From Alphaproteobacteria bacterium (GTDB lineage: Bacteria; Pseudomonadota; Alphaproteobacteria; UBA828): DNA of 64,000 bases. The number at the start of each line of letters is the position of its first letter. Position 1 is the stretch's first letter. Positions 38,543 through 48,692 of this stretch are shown piece after piece. The stretch spans positions 256,001 to 320,000 of the forward strand of contig CAXXMU010000002.1 of the NCBI GenBank assembly GCA_963667785.2, read 5' to 3'. The notes under the pieces are model-generated. The model searched no databases, was not told where the DNA came from, and saw only the letters and a list, made by a program, of their open reading frames with translations. Both the position numbers and the translations under genes were made by a program.

Positions 38543-41400
38543 CGCTCGTGCCCGACGAACGCGCGCGTGATCTCCACGGCCTCGGCGAGGCCGACGCGCT
38601 CCACTTCGACGCCGGGGGGGAAGGCGCCGGCGAGCCGGCTCGGCAGCGCCGGGTCGAGCAGGACGAAGACGCCGCGGTCGTCGGCCCGGCGCACCAGCCG
38701 ACCGTAGGCCTGGCGCAGGCGGCCGCGCGTGAGCCGGTCGTCGTAGCGGCTGCCGCCGAAGACCCGGCGCCGGGCCTTGTGCAGGATGTCAGGCCGCGGC
38801 CACGGCACCCGGTCGAAGACGATCAGCCTGAGGCTCCGCCCGGGCACGTCGACGCCGTCGCGCACCGCATCGGTGCCGAGCAGGCAGGCGTCGGCCTCGG
38901 CGCGGAAAATGTCGACCAGGGTCGTCGTATCCAGCGGGTCCACGTGCTGGGCCCAGAGCATGATGCCGGCTTCGTCCAGGGCGTCCGCGATCCGTCCGTG
39001 GACCGCGCGCAGCCGGGCGATGGCGGTGAAGAGGCCGAGCGCGCCGCCGGCCGACGCGAGGAAGAGCGCGCGGTAGGCCGCCGCGACGCGATCCGGCTGG
39101 TTCCGCCGCACGTCCGTGACCACGAGCACGCGTGTCTGCGCGCCATAGTCGAAAGGAGAGGGGAGGGTGGCGCGCACCGCCGGCGTCTTGAGGTGGCGGC
39201 CGCCGGTCGCGGCCTCCGCCGCGGCCCAGTCCCGCTCCGCCTCGCCGCTGCCGTCACGCAGCGTCGCCGAGGTGATGAGCGCGCCATGGGCGCGGCCCAT
39301 GACGAATTCGGCGAAGGGAATGGTCGGGTCCACGTAGTGACAGTGCATGCCGACGTCGATGTCGCGCCCGTCCGAGCGGCTGATCGCGAACCAGAGGACG
39401 AAGCCCTCCGGGTCGGGGGCAGGGCCGGGGCCATCTTCCGCTCCCGGCTCGTCGCCCACTTCCGAGGGGTCCTTCACCGACGTCAACATGGAGCGCCAGG
39501 CGCCGAGCTGCTCGTTGACCCGGCGCTCGATGCCGCGCGCCGCGGCCTCGATGCGCTGGCGCTCGGCGCTCTCCAGGCTGTCCGCCTCCTGGTCGAGGAG
39601 CGCAGCCAGGGCGGCGGCGAGCTGCTGGAGCGGCTGCGCGATGTCGGCCAGCGCTGCGCCGAGCGCCGTGGCGGCCGCGGCCAGTCCCGGAACCGGCGGG
39701 TTCACCTGCGCCTCGATGCCGTAGCCGCTCTCGGGATGGGGGGCGCGCGCGAGCACCTGGGTGCGCACCAGCGCGAGGAAGCGCTCGCACGGCCCCTGCG
39801 GCGCGCCGGCCGCGAGCCGCTGGTGCCAGTCGTTGCCCGGCAGCGCGCGGGCCGCCCTGAGCGCCGCCTCGAGAAGCTCGTGCGCCGCCTCCCGCCCCTC
39901 GAGCAGGTCGCCGATGCGGCTGCTGAGCCCCCGCGCCCGGCCGTCGTCGCCCCGGCCGCGCGATTCGGGCCCGAGCAGCCAGCGCCTGAGCTCCCGCGTC
40001 TCCGCGCCGCTGAGACGCGCGGCGAAGGCGCTGTCCGCCGCGTCGAAGAGATGGTGCCCCTCGTCGAGCACGTAGCGGGTGGGCGCGCCGCGCTCGTCGC
40101 CGGTGCCGAAGGCCGCGCGCGCCGCCTGCACCATGAGCAGCGCGTGGTTGGCGATCACCATGTCCGCGCGCCGGGCCGCGCGCTGGCTCTTCTCGATGAA
40201 GCAGCGGCGGTAGTGCGTGCATGCGCTGTGGATGCATTCGCCGCGCCGGTCCGCGAGACCGCGCGTGCGGCCGTAGCCGAGAAGGTCGGCGAGCCAGGCC
40301 GGCAGGTCGCCGCCGGTCAGGTCGCCGTCGCGCGTGGCCGCGGCCCAGCGCGCCATCAGGCCGAGCGCGATCCGCTCCGCCGGCACCAGCGCGCTGCGCC
40401 CCAGCGCCTCCTCCATGTTGAGCAGGCAGAGATAGTTCTCGCGCCCCTTGCGCAGCACCACCTTCTCCGCCTTCGCACGTGGCTCGGGGTAGAGCCGGTC
40501 GAGCTCCCCGTCGATCTGACGCTGCAGGTTGCGGGTGAAGGTGGAGAGCCAGACCGTGCCCTCGTTGCGCTCCGCCCAGAGGCTCGCCGGCGCGATGTAG
40601 CCGAGGGTCTTGCCGACGCCGGTGCCGGCCTCCGCCAGCACCACGCGGGGATGCTCCTCCTCGTCCACGGGGTCGAAGGCAGCGCACGCAGCGGACGCGT
40701 AGTCGGCCTGCTCGGGCCGGGGCTCGGCGGCGTCGCCGAGCAGCAGCGCGAGCCGCTTCCGCGCCGCGGCGGGGGGCACCGGGTCGTGCCCCGGCGGTGG
40801 TGGCGGCGCGCTCTCCTGCCAGTCCTTGAGCCGGGTCCAGACGGCGAGCGCGCTCGCCTCGCTCACGGGTCCCGCGCCCGCTGCCACCCGCCCGCCCGCC
40901 GCGAGTGCGGAGAGCACCGCATCGCCCCAGGGCCAGCCGGCGCGATCCATGGCGCGGGCGATGGCGGGCGCCGCCTCAGCGCCTGCGAGGCCCGGCCCCG
41001 CGAGGGTCGCGAGGAGCTGACGGGCGGCGGCGAGTAGAGTCTCCGCCTCGTCCTCGCCAGTCTCGGGCAGGGCGAGCCCGAGCGTGCGGGCAAGACCGCG
41101 CACCGTCGGCACGGCAAGCCGCGCCGGGTGGACGAAGGCGAAGAGCTCCAGCAGGTCGAGCGCCGCGAGGCCGGGCAGGCCGAGCCTGCGGGCGGTGGCC
41201 CGTGCGTGGCAGACGTAGAGCATCGGCCCGGCGGCACCGAGACGCTCACGGGCCGCGTCGTGGGAGAGGCGCGCGGCCGTGCCGTCCTCGTCCAGCCAGA
41301 CCGCGTGGCGCGGCGTCACCACCAGCGCCGGCGCGCGCGGCAGAGGCGGCAGCGCGGCGGCGGGCGGGGAGGGCTCGCGGGACTCGGCGGAGGCGGGCAT
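38539..41400 (-). CDS. dinG: DinG-family ATP-dependent DNA helicase with Fe-S cysteines
   Basis: [24 protein letters not shown]...[27 protein letters not shown]. Confidence 0.9.
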   Translation of the reverse strand: MPASAESREPSPPAAALPPLPRAPALVVTPRHAVWLDEDGTAARLSHDAARERLGAAGPMLYVCHARATARRLGLPGLAALDLLELFAFVHPARLAVPTVRGLARTLGLALPETGEDEAETLLAAARQLLATLAGPGLAGAEAAPAIARAMDRAGWPWGDAVLSALAAGGRVAAGAGPVSEASALAVWTRLKDWQESAPPPPPGHDPVPPAAARKRLALLLGDAAEPRPEQADYASAACAAFDPVDEEEHPRVVLAEAGTGVGKTLGYIAPASLWAERNEGTVWLSTFTRNLQRQIDGELDRLYPEPRAKAEKVVLRKGRENYLCLLNMEEALGRSALVPAERIALGLMARWAAATRDGDLTGGDLPAWLADLLGYGRTRGLADRRGECIHSACTHYRRCFIEKSQRAARRADMVIANHALLMVQAARAAFGTGDERGAPTRYVLDEGHHLFDAADSAFAARLSGAETRELRRWLLGPESRGRGDDGRARGLSSRIGDLLEGREAAHELLEAALRAARALPGNDWHQRLAAGAPQGPCERFLALVRTQVLARAPHPESGYGIEAQVNPPVPGLAAAATALGAALADIAQPLQQLAAALAALLDQEADSLESAERQRIEAAARGIERRVNEQLGAWRSMLTSVKDPSEVGDEPGAEDGPGPAPDPEGFVLWFAISRSDGRDIDVGMHCHYVDPTIPFAEFVMGRAHGALITSATLRDGSGEAERDWAAAEAATGGRHLKTPAVRATLPSPFDYGAQTRVLVVTDVRRNQPDRVAAAYRALFLASAGGALGLFTAIARLRAVHGRIADALDEAGIMLWAQHVDPLDTTTLVDIFRAEADACLLGTDAVRDGVDVPGRSLRLIVFDRVPWPRPDILHKARRRVFGGSRYDDRLTRGRLRQAYGRLVRRADDRGVFVLLDPALPSRLAGAFPPGVEVERVGLAEAVEITRAFVGHER

Positions 41401-41408
41401 CGCGCGGG

Positions 41409-41448
41409 AGTATAGCGGTTGACGGGCGCAGGCGGCCCGGCGCATGTT
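41409..41448. promoter_or_regulatory. putative divergent sigma70 promoter elements for dinG (-) and lysS (+)
   Basis: Minus-strand TATACT (41414-41409) lies 8 nt before the dinG ATG. Plus-strand TTGACG (41419-41424) has a weak -10 upstream of lysS. Confidence 0.45.
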
Positions 41449-41471
41449 CGCGCGGTTCCCGGACCCCGACG

Positions 41472-43067
41472 ATGACCGAGCCCACAGACGACCTTCGGGC
41501 GCTGGCCCAGAGCGCCAAGGCCTGGCCCTTCAGGGAGGCCCAGGCGCTGCTGAAGCGGATCGGCGGCAAGACGCCGGCGAAGGGCCATGCGCTGTTCGAG
41601 ACCGGCTACGGCCCCTCGGGCCTGCCCCACATCGGCACCTTCGCCGAGGTCGCGCGCACGACCATGGTACGCCACGCCTTCGCGACGCTGAGCGACATCC
41701 CGACGCACCTGGTCGCGTTCTCCGACGACATGGACGCGCTGCGCAAGGTGCCGGACAACATCCCCGAACGGGCGATGGTGGAGGAGCATCTCGGCAAGCC
41801 GCTTACCCAAATCCCCGACCCCTTCGGTACCCACGAGAGCTTCGGCGCGCACAACAACGCGCGGCTGCGCGCCTTCCTCGACGACTTCGGCTTCGAGTAC
41901 ACGTTCAAGAGCTCGAGCGAGGCCTATCGCTCGGGCGAGTTCGACGGCGCGCTCCTGGACGTGCTGCGCAGCTACGACGAGATCATGCGCATCATCCTGC
42001 CGACGCTCGGGCCCGAGCGGCAGGCGACCTACAGCCCCTTTCTGCCGCTCTGCCCCAAGACCGGCCGCGTGTTGCAGGTGCCGATCACGGCCCGCGACGA
42101 GGATGCGGGCACGGTGAGCTACGTCGACGAGGAGGGCGGGACCGTGACCGTCCCGGTCACCGGCGGGGCCTGCAAGCTGCAGTGGAAGGCGGACTGGGCG
42201 ATGCGCTGGCATGCGCTCGGCGTCGACTACGAGATGGCGGGGAAGGACCTGATCAGCTCGGTCGAGCTCTCCGGCAAGGTCTGCCGCGCGCTGGGGTCCA
42301 GGCCGCCCGCCGGCTTCATCTACGAGCTCTTCCTCGATGAGAACGGGGAGAAGATTTCCAAGTCGCGCGGCAATGGCCTCGCCATCGAAGAATGGCTCGC
42401 CTACGGCTCGCGCGATTCGCTCTCGCTCTACATGTACAACGCGCCGAGGCGCGCCAAGCGGCTCTATTTCGACGTGATCCCGCGCCACGTGGACGACCAC
42501 CTCACCCACCTCGCAAAGTACCGGGAGCAGGGGCCGGCCGAGCGGCTGGAGAGCCCGGCCTGGCACATTCACGCAGGCCGCCCGCCCGCGCCGGAGACGG
42601 GGCTGAGCTACGGCGTGCTCCTCAATCTCGCGAGCGTCTGCAATACCGAGGACCCGGCGGTGCTGTGGGGCTTCATCGCCCGCTACGTGCCGGGGGCCGC
42701 GCCCGAGACCGCGCCCATCCTCGACGCGCTGGTGGGCCTCGCGCTCACCTACTACCGCGACGTGGTGAAGCCGGCCAAGGCCTACCGTGCGCCGGCGCCT
42801 CACGAGCGGGCGGCGCTCGACGACCTGCGCGCCGTGCTGGCTGGGCTGCCGGCGGACGCGGGCGCCGAGGCGATCCAGACGGAGGTCTACGAGGTTGGCA
42901 AGCGCCACCCCTTCGAGTCGCTCCGCGACTGGTTCCGCGCGCTCTACGAGATCCTCCTGGGCCAGAGCCAAGGCCCCCGCATGGGCTCCTTCATCGCCCT
43001 CTACGGGCTGGCGGAGACGGTCGCGCTGATCGACCGCGTGCTGGCCGGCGAGGACCTCGCGGCCTAA
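41472..43067 (+). CDS. lysS: class I lysyl-tRNA synthetase
   Basis: [47 protein letters not shown]. Confidence 0.96.
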   Translation: MTEPTDDLRALAQSAKAWPFREAQALLKRIGGKTPAKGHALFETGYGPSGLPHIGTFAEVARTTMVRHAFATLSDIPTHLVAFSDDMDALRKVPDNIPERAMVEEHLGKPLTQIPDPFGTHESFGAHNNARLRAFLDDFGFEYTFKSSSEAYRSGEFDGALLDVLRSYDEIMRIILPTLGPERQATYSPFLPLCPKTGRVLQVPITARDEDAGTVSYVDEEGGTVTVPVTGGACKLQWKADWAMRWHALGVDYEMAGKDLISSVELSGKVCRALGSRPPAGFIYELFLDENGEKISKSRGNGLAIEEWLAYGSRDSLSLYMYNAPRRAKRLYFDVIPRHVDDHLTHLAKYREQGPAERLESPAWHIHAGRPPAPETGLSYGVLLNLASVCNTEDPAVLWGFIARYVPGAAPETAPILDALVGLALTYYRDVVKPAKAYRAPAPHERAALDDLRAVLAGLPADAGAEAIQTEVYEVGKRHPFESLRDWFRALYEILLGQSQGPRMGSFIALYGLAETVALIDRVLAGEDLAA

Positions 43068-43155
43068 CTCCCGCCTCTCTCGCAGGCGCCGGGAAGGTTT
43101 GCTACTGTCGCTTCCGAATTCGCCAACCGCGACCCATGCGAGAGGAGACCAGCCG

Positions 43156-44466
43156 ATGACCAGCAAGAGTCGCACGCCCGGACGTACCGGAAGCACCCGT
43201 CGTGCAGTCCTGAAGGCCGGCGCTGCCGGCGCCGCAGGTGCGGCCGCGCTGAGCGCGGGCTTCCCTTCCATCGTCCGCGCTGCGGAGACGGTGAGGATCG
43301 GCTATGTCAGCCCCAAGACGGGGCCGCTCGCGCCCTTCGCCGAGGCCGACGAGTTCAACGTCGCCTCAGTGCTGGAGGCCATCGGCGGCAAGGTGGACGC
43401 CGCCAGCGGGAGCCTCGACGTCGAGATCATCGTCAAGGACAGCCAGTCGAACCCGAACCGTGCCGCCGAGGTCGCGAGCGAGCTGATCCTCTCGGACGAG
43501 GTCCACCTGCTCTGCGCCGGCAACACGCCGGAGACCACCAACCCGGTGGCCGACCAGGCGGAGATCAACGAGGTCCCCTGCGTCACCACGCTCTGCCCGT
43601 GGCAGCCCTACTTCTTCGGCCGCGGCGGCAATCCGGCGGAGGGCTTCCAGTGGACCTACCATTATTTCTGGGGGCTGGAGGACATCATCGCGGTCTTCCT
43701 CAACCTCTGGAACAAGCTGGAGACCAACAAGGTGGTCGGCGGGCTCTATCCCAACGACGGCGACGGCAACGCCTGGGGCGACCCCGAGCTGGGCTTCCCC
43801 AAGCCGCTCGCGGGCGCCGGCTACACGCTGATCGATCCGGGCCGCTACCAGAACCTGTCGGACGACTTCTCGGCCCAGATCTCCGAGTTCAAGGATGCGG
43901 GCGCCGAGATCGTCACCGGCGTGGTGCTGCCGCCGGACTTCACCACCTTCTGGACCCAGTCCGCACAGCAGGGCTTCCGGCCGAAGGCGGCGACGGTGGG
44001 CAAGGCGCTGCTCTTCCCCGTCTCGGTCGAGGCGCTGGGGGACGCCGGTCACAACCTGAGCTCCGAGATCTGGTGGAGCCCGTCGCACCCCTTCACCTCG
44101 AGCCTCACCGGCCAGACCTGCGGCGAGCTTGCCGCCGCCTTCACCGCCGCCACCGGCAAGCAGTGGAGCCAGCCCGTGGGCTACGGCCACTCGATCTTCG
44201 AGGTCGCGCTCGACATCGTGAGCCGGGCGGACGACATCAACGATCCCGAGTCCATGCTGGCCTCCATCGTCTCCACCAACGTGTCGACGATCGCGGGCCC
44301 GGTCTCGTGGGGCTCCGGCCCGGTGAAGAACGTGGCGAAGATGCCGCTGGTCGGCGGCCAATGGCGGCGGACGCCGGACGGCCCCTTCGGCTACGACCTC
44401 GTCGTCACCTCCAACGAGACGGCACCGGACGTCCCCGCCGGCGGCGACATGGAAGCCATCGGCTAG
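43156..44466 (+). CDS. Liv-type ABC substrate-binding protein with Tat signal
   Basis: TRRAVLK twin-arginine motif, IGYVSPKTGPLAPF, KDSQSNPNRAAEVA, PLVGGQW. Confidence 0.88.
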   Translation: MTSKSRTPGRTGSTRRAVLKAGAAGAAGAAALSAGFPSIVRAAETVRIGYVSPKTGPLAPFAEADEFNVASVLEAIGGKVDAASGSLDVEIIVKDSQSNPNRAAEVASELILSDEVHLLCAGNTPETTNPVADQAEINEVPCVTTLCPWQPYFFGRGGNPAEGFQWTYHYFWGLEDIIAVFLNLWNKLETNKVVGGLYPNDGDGNAWGDPELGFPKPLAGAGYTLIDPGRYQNLSDDFSAQISEFKDAGAEIVTGVVLPPDFTTFWTQSAQQGFRPKAATVGKALLFPVSVEALGDAGHNLSSEIWWSPSHPFTSSLTGQTCGELAAAFTAATGKQWSQPVGYGHSIFEVALDIVSRADDINDPESMLASIVSTNVSTIAGPVSWGSGPVKNVAKMPLVGGQWRRTPDGPFGYDLVVTSNETAPDVPAGGDMEAIG

Positions 44467-44475
44467 GGAGTCAGC

Positions 44476-44509
44476 CCTGCGGACGGCGCCTCCGGCGCCG
44501 CTCCGCAGG
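44476..44509. other. intercistronic GC-rich stem-loop after the substrate-binding protein gene
   Basis: CCTGCGGA-CGGCGCC-tcc-GGCGCCG-c-TCCGCAGG, a 15-bp stem with one bulge and no U-tract. Likely stabilises the SBP mRNA. Confidence 0.55.
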
Positions 44510-44520
44510 CGAGCGCCGGC

Positions 44521-45246
44521 ATGACGGCGTTGATCGCGCTGGAGGAAGTCTCCAAGAGCTTCGGCTCGGTCAGGGCGACCGACAAGTTCAGCATGGAGCT
44601 TGCCGAGGGCGAGGCGCTCGGCGTCATCGGCCCCAACGGCGCCGGCAAGAGCACCATGTTCAACATCATCACCGGCGGCGTGCGGCCGAGCGAGGGACGG
44701 GTCTACTTCGAGGGCCGCGACATCACCCGCGCCTCGGCGCACGAGCGCTGCCGCATGGGGATCGGGCGCTCCTACCAGATCCCCCATCCCTTCGCCAACA
44801 TGACCGTGTTCGAGAATCTGCTGGTGGGGGCGGCCTTCGGCGGCAATCGCTCGGAGGCCGCCTGCTACGACGACTGCGGTGACATCCTCGAGCGCACCGG
44901 CCTGCTGGAGAAGGCGAACGCGCTCGCCGGCGCGCTCACCCTGCTGGAGCGCAAGCGGCTGGAGATGGCGCGCGCGCTGGCGACCCGGCCGCGCGTGCTG
45001 CTGCTGGACGAGATCGCCGGCGGGCTCACCGAGCACGAGTGCGGCGCCCTGGTGGAGACGATCAAGGCGATCCACCGCACCGGCGTCTCGATCGTCTGGA
45101 TCGAGCATGTGGTGCATGCACTGCTCTCGGTGGTGAGCCGGCTCATCGTCATCAACTTCGGCCAGAAGCTCGCCGAGGGCGATCCGCAGCGGGTGATGGC
45201 GAGCGCCGAGGTGCAGGAGGTCTACATGGGGATCAGCGCCGAATGA
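44521..45246 (+). CDS. Liv-type ABC ATP-binding protein (LivG-like)
   Basis: GPNGAGKST, KRLEMARALA, LLLDEIAGG. Confidence 0.9.
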   Translation: MTALIALEEVSKSFGSVRATDKFSMELAEGEALGVIGPNGAGKSTMFNIITGGVRPSEGRVYFEGRDITRASAHERCRMGIGRSYQIPHPFANMTVFENLLVGAAFGGNRSEAACYDDCGDILERTGLLEKANALAGALTLLERKRLEMARALATRPRVLLLDEIAGGLTEHECGALVETIKAIHRTGVSIVWIEHVVHALLSVVSRLIVINFGQKLAEGDPQRVMASAEVQEVYMGISAE

Positions 45247-45956
45247 GCGCGGCGCCCGAGGCGGTCCTGGAGACCCGGCAGCTCACCGCCTTCTACGGCG
45301 ACTTCCAGGCGCTCTTCGGCATCGACCTGCATGTGGGGCGGGGCGAGACCGTCGCCATCATCGGCGCCAACGGCGCCGGCAAGTCGACCTTCCTCAGGAG
45401 CGTTGTGGGCCAGCTCGGATCCGCGCGGGAGCAGGTGTCGTTCGAGGGCAGGGACATCGGCGACCTGCCCGCCCATGAGATCGTCCGTCGCGGGATCGCG
45501 CTGGTGCCGGAAGGGCGGCTCCTCTTCCCCTCGCTCTCGGTGGACGAGAACCTGCGCCTCGGCGCCTACGGCCGGCGTGCAGGCCCCTGGCGGATCGAGC
45601 GCGTGCGCGAGCTCTTTCCGGTGCTGTGGGAGCGGCGCGCGACGCCGGCAACGGCGCTGAGCGGCGGCGAGCAGCAGATGTGCGCCATCGGCCGCGCGCT
45701 GATGAGCAACCCGACGCTCCTGCTCTGCGACGAGCTCAGCCTGGGGCTGGCCCCGGTCATCATCCGCCAGCTCTACGCCGTTCTCCCGGTGATCGTCTCG
45801 GAGGGCACCACCGTCGTCGTGGTCGAGCAGGACATCAACCAGGCGCTCGCCGTCGCCGACCGTGTCTACTGCTTCCAGGAAGGCCGCGTCTCGCTGCAGG
45901 GCCGACCCGAAGAGGTGTCGCGAGCGGATGTCACCAGGGCCTACTTCGGGATCTAG
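45243..45956 (+). CDS. Liv-type ABC ATP-binding protein (LivF-like)
   Basis: GANGAGKST, LSGGEQQMCAIGRALM, DELSLGLAP. ATGA overlap with the upstream gene. Confidence 0.9.
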   Translation: MSAAPEAVLETRQLTAFYGDFQALFGIDLHVGRGETVAIIGANGAGKSTFLRSVVGQLGSAREQVSFEGRDIGDLPAHEIVRRGIALVPEGRLLFPSLSVDENLRLGAYGRRAGPWRIERVRELFPVLWERRATPATALSGGEQQMCAIGRALMSNPTLLLCDELSLGLAPVIIRQLYAVLPVIVSEGTTVVVVEQDINQALAVADRVYCFQEGRVSLQGRPEEVSRADVTRAYFGI

Positions 45957-45993
45957 GAGAGCGGTGGTGCCGCCGGCAACGGGCTGACCTGCC

Positions 45994-46863
45994 ATGGAGT
46001 GGCTCGACGCCATCATACAGGGCGTTCTCCTCGGCGGGCTCTACGCGCTCTTCGCCACCGGCCTCTCGCTGATCTTCGGCGTGATGCGGCTGGTCAACAT
46101 CGCGCATGGCGATCTCATCGTGCTCGCGGCCTTCCTCGGGCTCGCCATGGTCAACGGCACCGGCGTGCATCCGCTGGTGAGCCTCGCCGTCACCGTGCCG
46201 GTGATGGCCGGCATCGGCTACGCGCTGCAGCGCGGCATCCTCAACTTCACGCTCGGCCGCGACATCCTGCCGCCGCTGCTCGTGACCTTCGGCCTCTCCA
46301 TCATCATCCAGAACGTGCTGCTCGAGGTGTTCTCCGCCGACACGCAGCGGCTCAAGGCGGGCGCGCTGGAGACGGCGAGCATCGCCATCGGCGAGCAGAT
46401 CGCCATCGGCTGGTTCCCGCTGATCGTTTTCCTGTCCGCGCTCGGCGTGATCGCGGGCCTGCAGCTCGTGCTCTTCCGCACCCGGCTCGGCGCCGCCTTT
46501 CGCGCCACCTCCGACGACCACCGGACCGCGGCGCTGATGGGCATCGACAACCGCCACGTCTTCGCGCTCGCCATGGCGCTGGCGCTCGCCGTGGTGGCGC
46601 TCGCCGGCACCTTCATGGCAATCCGCACCAACTTCTCGCCCGCCATCGGGCCGGCGCGGCTGCTCTATGCCTTCGAGGCCGTCATCATCGGCGGGCTGGG
46701 CAGCCTCTGGGGCACGCTCGCGGGCGGCGTGATCCTCGGCGTCGCCCAGGCCATCGGCGCCAAGTTCCACCCCGGCGGGCAGATCCTCGCCGGTCACGTG
46801 GCGTTCCTGATCGTGCTCGTGCTCCGCCCCAACGGCCTCTTCCCGCGAACGAGGGACCGGTGA
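45994..46863 (+). CDS. Liv-type ABC permease (LivH-like)
   Basis: GGLYALFATGLSLIFGVMRLVNIAHG, IIGGLGSLWG, RPNGLF. Confidence 0.9.
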   Translation: MEWLDAIIQGVLLGGLYALFATGLSLIFGVMRLVNIAHGDLIVLAAFLGLAMVNGTGVHPLVSLAVTVPVMAGIGYALQRGILNFTLGRDILPPLLVTFGLSIIIQNVLLEVFSADTQRLKAGALETASIAIGEQIAIGWFPLIVFLSALGVIAGLQLVLFRTRLGAAFRATSDDHRTAALMGIDNRHVFALAMALALAVVALAGTFMAIRTNFSPAIGPARLLYAFEAVIIGGLGSLWGTLAGGVILGVAQAIGAKFHPGGQILAGHVAFLIVLVLRPNGLFPRTRDR

Positions 46864-47930
46864 GCGAGGGCGCGGCCGGCTATCGCGTCGAGCGCAGCAC
46901 GCGCGCGAGCCGCTACGGCGCGCTGGCCGCGCTGCTCGCGCTCGCCGTGCTGGTCTCGCTCCCCTTCTGGGGCGGGCGCGCCGACATGCGGACGATCGTG
47001 GAGATCGCCTACTACCTCGCGCTCGCGCAGCTCTGGAACCTGCTGGCCGGCTATGCCGGGCTGGTCTCGGTCGGGCAGCAGGCCTTCCTCGGGCTCGGCG
47101 GCTACACGCTTTTCGTGCTGGCGATGAACGCGGGCATCCATCCGCTTGCGGCGGTCCCGCTCGCGGGCGTCGCCGCGGCGCTCTTCGCCGTGCCGACGGC
47201 GTTCATCGTCTTCCGCCTGCGGGGCGCCTACTTCGCCATCGGCACCTGGGTCGTGGCCGAGGTCTACATGCTCTCCTTCGCTCAGGTATCCGCGCTCGGC
47301 GGCGGCTCCGGCATGAGCCTGCCGGCGGCGGTGGTGAAGGGCATCGCCCACGGCCGGATGTGGCGGGAATCGGCGATCTACTGGACCGGGCTCGCGATCG
47401 CCCTCAGCTCGATCGCGCTCGTCTACCTTCTGCTGCGCTCCCGCCACGGTCTCGCGCTCACCGCGATCAGGGATTCGGAGGCGGCGTCCGGCAGCCTCGG
47501 CGTCGACAATTTCCGCACCAAGATCTGGGTCTACATCGTCGCCGCCTTCGGCACCGGCATGGTCGGCGCGCTGGTCTTCCTCACCAAGCTCCGCATCTCG
47601 CCCGAGGCCGGCTTCAACGTCGTCGACTGGACCGCCAACGTCATCTTCATCGTCGTGATCGGCGGCATCGGCACCATCGAGGGGCCGATCATCGGCGTCA
47701 TCATCTTCTTCGTGCTGCGCGAGCTGCTGGCGGACTTCGGCAGCTGGTACCTGATCGTGCTCGGCGCGATTGCGGTGCTGATGATGCTGCGCGCGCCGCA
47801 GGGCGTCTGGGGCCTGATCGCCGAGCGCTTCGATCTCCGCTTCTTTCCGGTGCAGCGGCGTCTGGTGTTCGATCCCGCCAGCTTCAGCTTCGTCCCCGGC
47901 GACGGTCGGGAAGGAAAGCGCGGGCAGTAG
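46860..47930 (+). CDS. Liv-type ABC permease (LivM-like)
   Basis: WNLLAGYAGLVSVGQQAF, RLRGAYFAIGT, IGGIGTIEGP. GTGA overlap with the upstream gene. Confidence 0.9.
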   Translation: MSEGAAGYRVERSTRASRYGALAALLALAVLVSLPFWGGRADMRTIVEIAYYLALAQLWNLLAGYAGLVSVGQQAFLGLGGYTLFVLAMNAGIHPLAAVPLAGVAAALFAVPTAFIVFRLRGAYFAIGTWVVAEVYMLSFAQVSALGGGSGMSLPAAVVKGIAHGRMWRESAIYWTGLAIALSSIALVYLLLRSRHGLALTAIRDSEAASGSLGVDNFRTKIWVYIVAAFGTGMVGALVFLTKLRISPEAGFNVVDWTANVIFIVVIGGIGTIEGPIIGVIIFFVLRELLADFGSWYLIVLGAIAVLMMLRAPQGVWGLIAERFDLRFFPVQRRLVFDPASFSFVPGDGREGKRGQ

Positions 47931-47949
47931 CGTCGCCCGCCGGTGCGGT

Positions 47950-48639
47950 TTATTCCGAAAGGACCACGCCCCAGGGCAGGACCTGATTGCCGGAGACGAG
48001 GCTCGCGCCGAGGACGCGCGTGGGTTTCAGCAGGTGGGTGGGGTCGTCCTCGCTCGGCTCGAAGCGCACGGTGCCCTCGCCCCAGATCGTCTCGGTGATC
48101 TCGGTCTCCGCCGGAAGCTGCACCACTTGGCGCTTCACCGCGTCCGCACGGTCCGCCTCCGGCAGCGCCTTCACGAAGAGGCGGGGGAAGGTCTTGAGCG
48201 GCTCGAACTCCCGGCCGGTCGGGGTCATGTCGATCTCGATTACGCGCCGGCCGAGCCGCTCGGTGAAGCCCCAGATCCGCCCCGTGTCGACGTGCAGCTC
48301 CATCGCCGCGAGCTTCATGCGGAAACCCCAGAGCTCGCGGGTGCCCGCGCACACCTGGTCGGTGCTGGTGAAGGCATGCACCCAGTGCCCGCCGATCTCG
48401 CCGCGATAGCGCACCTGGGCGATGACGGCGCTGTCGTAGTAGGGCCGCGTCGGCACCGTGCTCTCGAAGTGCATGACGGTGATCTGCACCACGTTGGTGG
48501 CGAGCTCCAGCGGCGCCGGCACGCGGGGCACGAGCGCCGCCTCGTCCACCTCGCAGAAGATGCTGAGCGTGCGGAAGCGGTGCCGCCAGGGCGGCAGGGG
48601 GTAGGGCAGGAGCGCGGTGTCGAGCTGCTTCTCGTCCAT
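47950..48639 (-). CDS. acetoacetate decarboxylase (ADC) superfamily protein
   Basis: YPLPPWR, VPAPLE, GTRELWGFRMKL (ADC-like RELxGxPKK region), WGEGTVRF...DP. Confidence 0.75.
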   Translation of the reverse strand: MDEKQLDTALLPYPLPPWRHRFRTLSIFCEVDEAALVPRVPAPLELATNVVQITVMHFESTVPTRPYYDSAVIAQVRYRGEIGGHWVHAFTSTDQVCAGTRELWGFRMKLAAMELHVDTGRIWGFTERLGRRVIEIDMTPTGREFEPLKTFPRLFVKALPEADRADAVKRQVVQLPAETEITETIWGEGTVRFEPSEDDPTHLLKPTRVLGASLVSGNQVLPWGVVLSE

Positions 48640-48692
48640 CGGGGTTTCTCGGGGCGGTCTCTTCGCGTGGCGTCGTCCGGGCTGCTCGCGAG

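Noticed and set aside
38539-41400. DinG as a type IV CRISPR (CasDinG) or defence helicase
   Set aside because: No cas genes or repeat array are present. It sits divergent from lysS, like a chromosomal housekeeping DinG.
41446-41458. GTTC...GTTC near the dinG promoter as an alphaproteobacterial LexA box
   Set aside because: The spacer is 5 nt, whereas the box requires GTTC-N7-GTTC.
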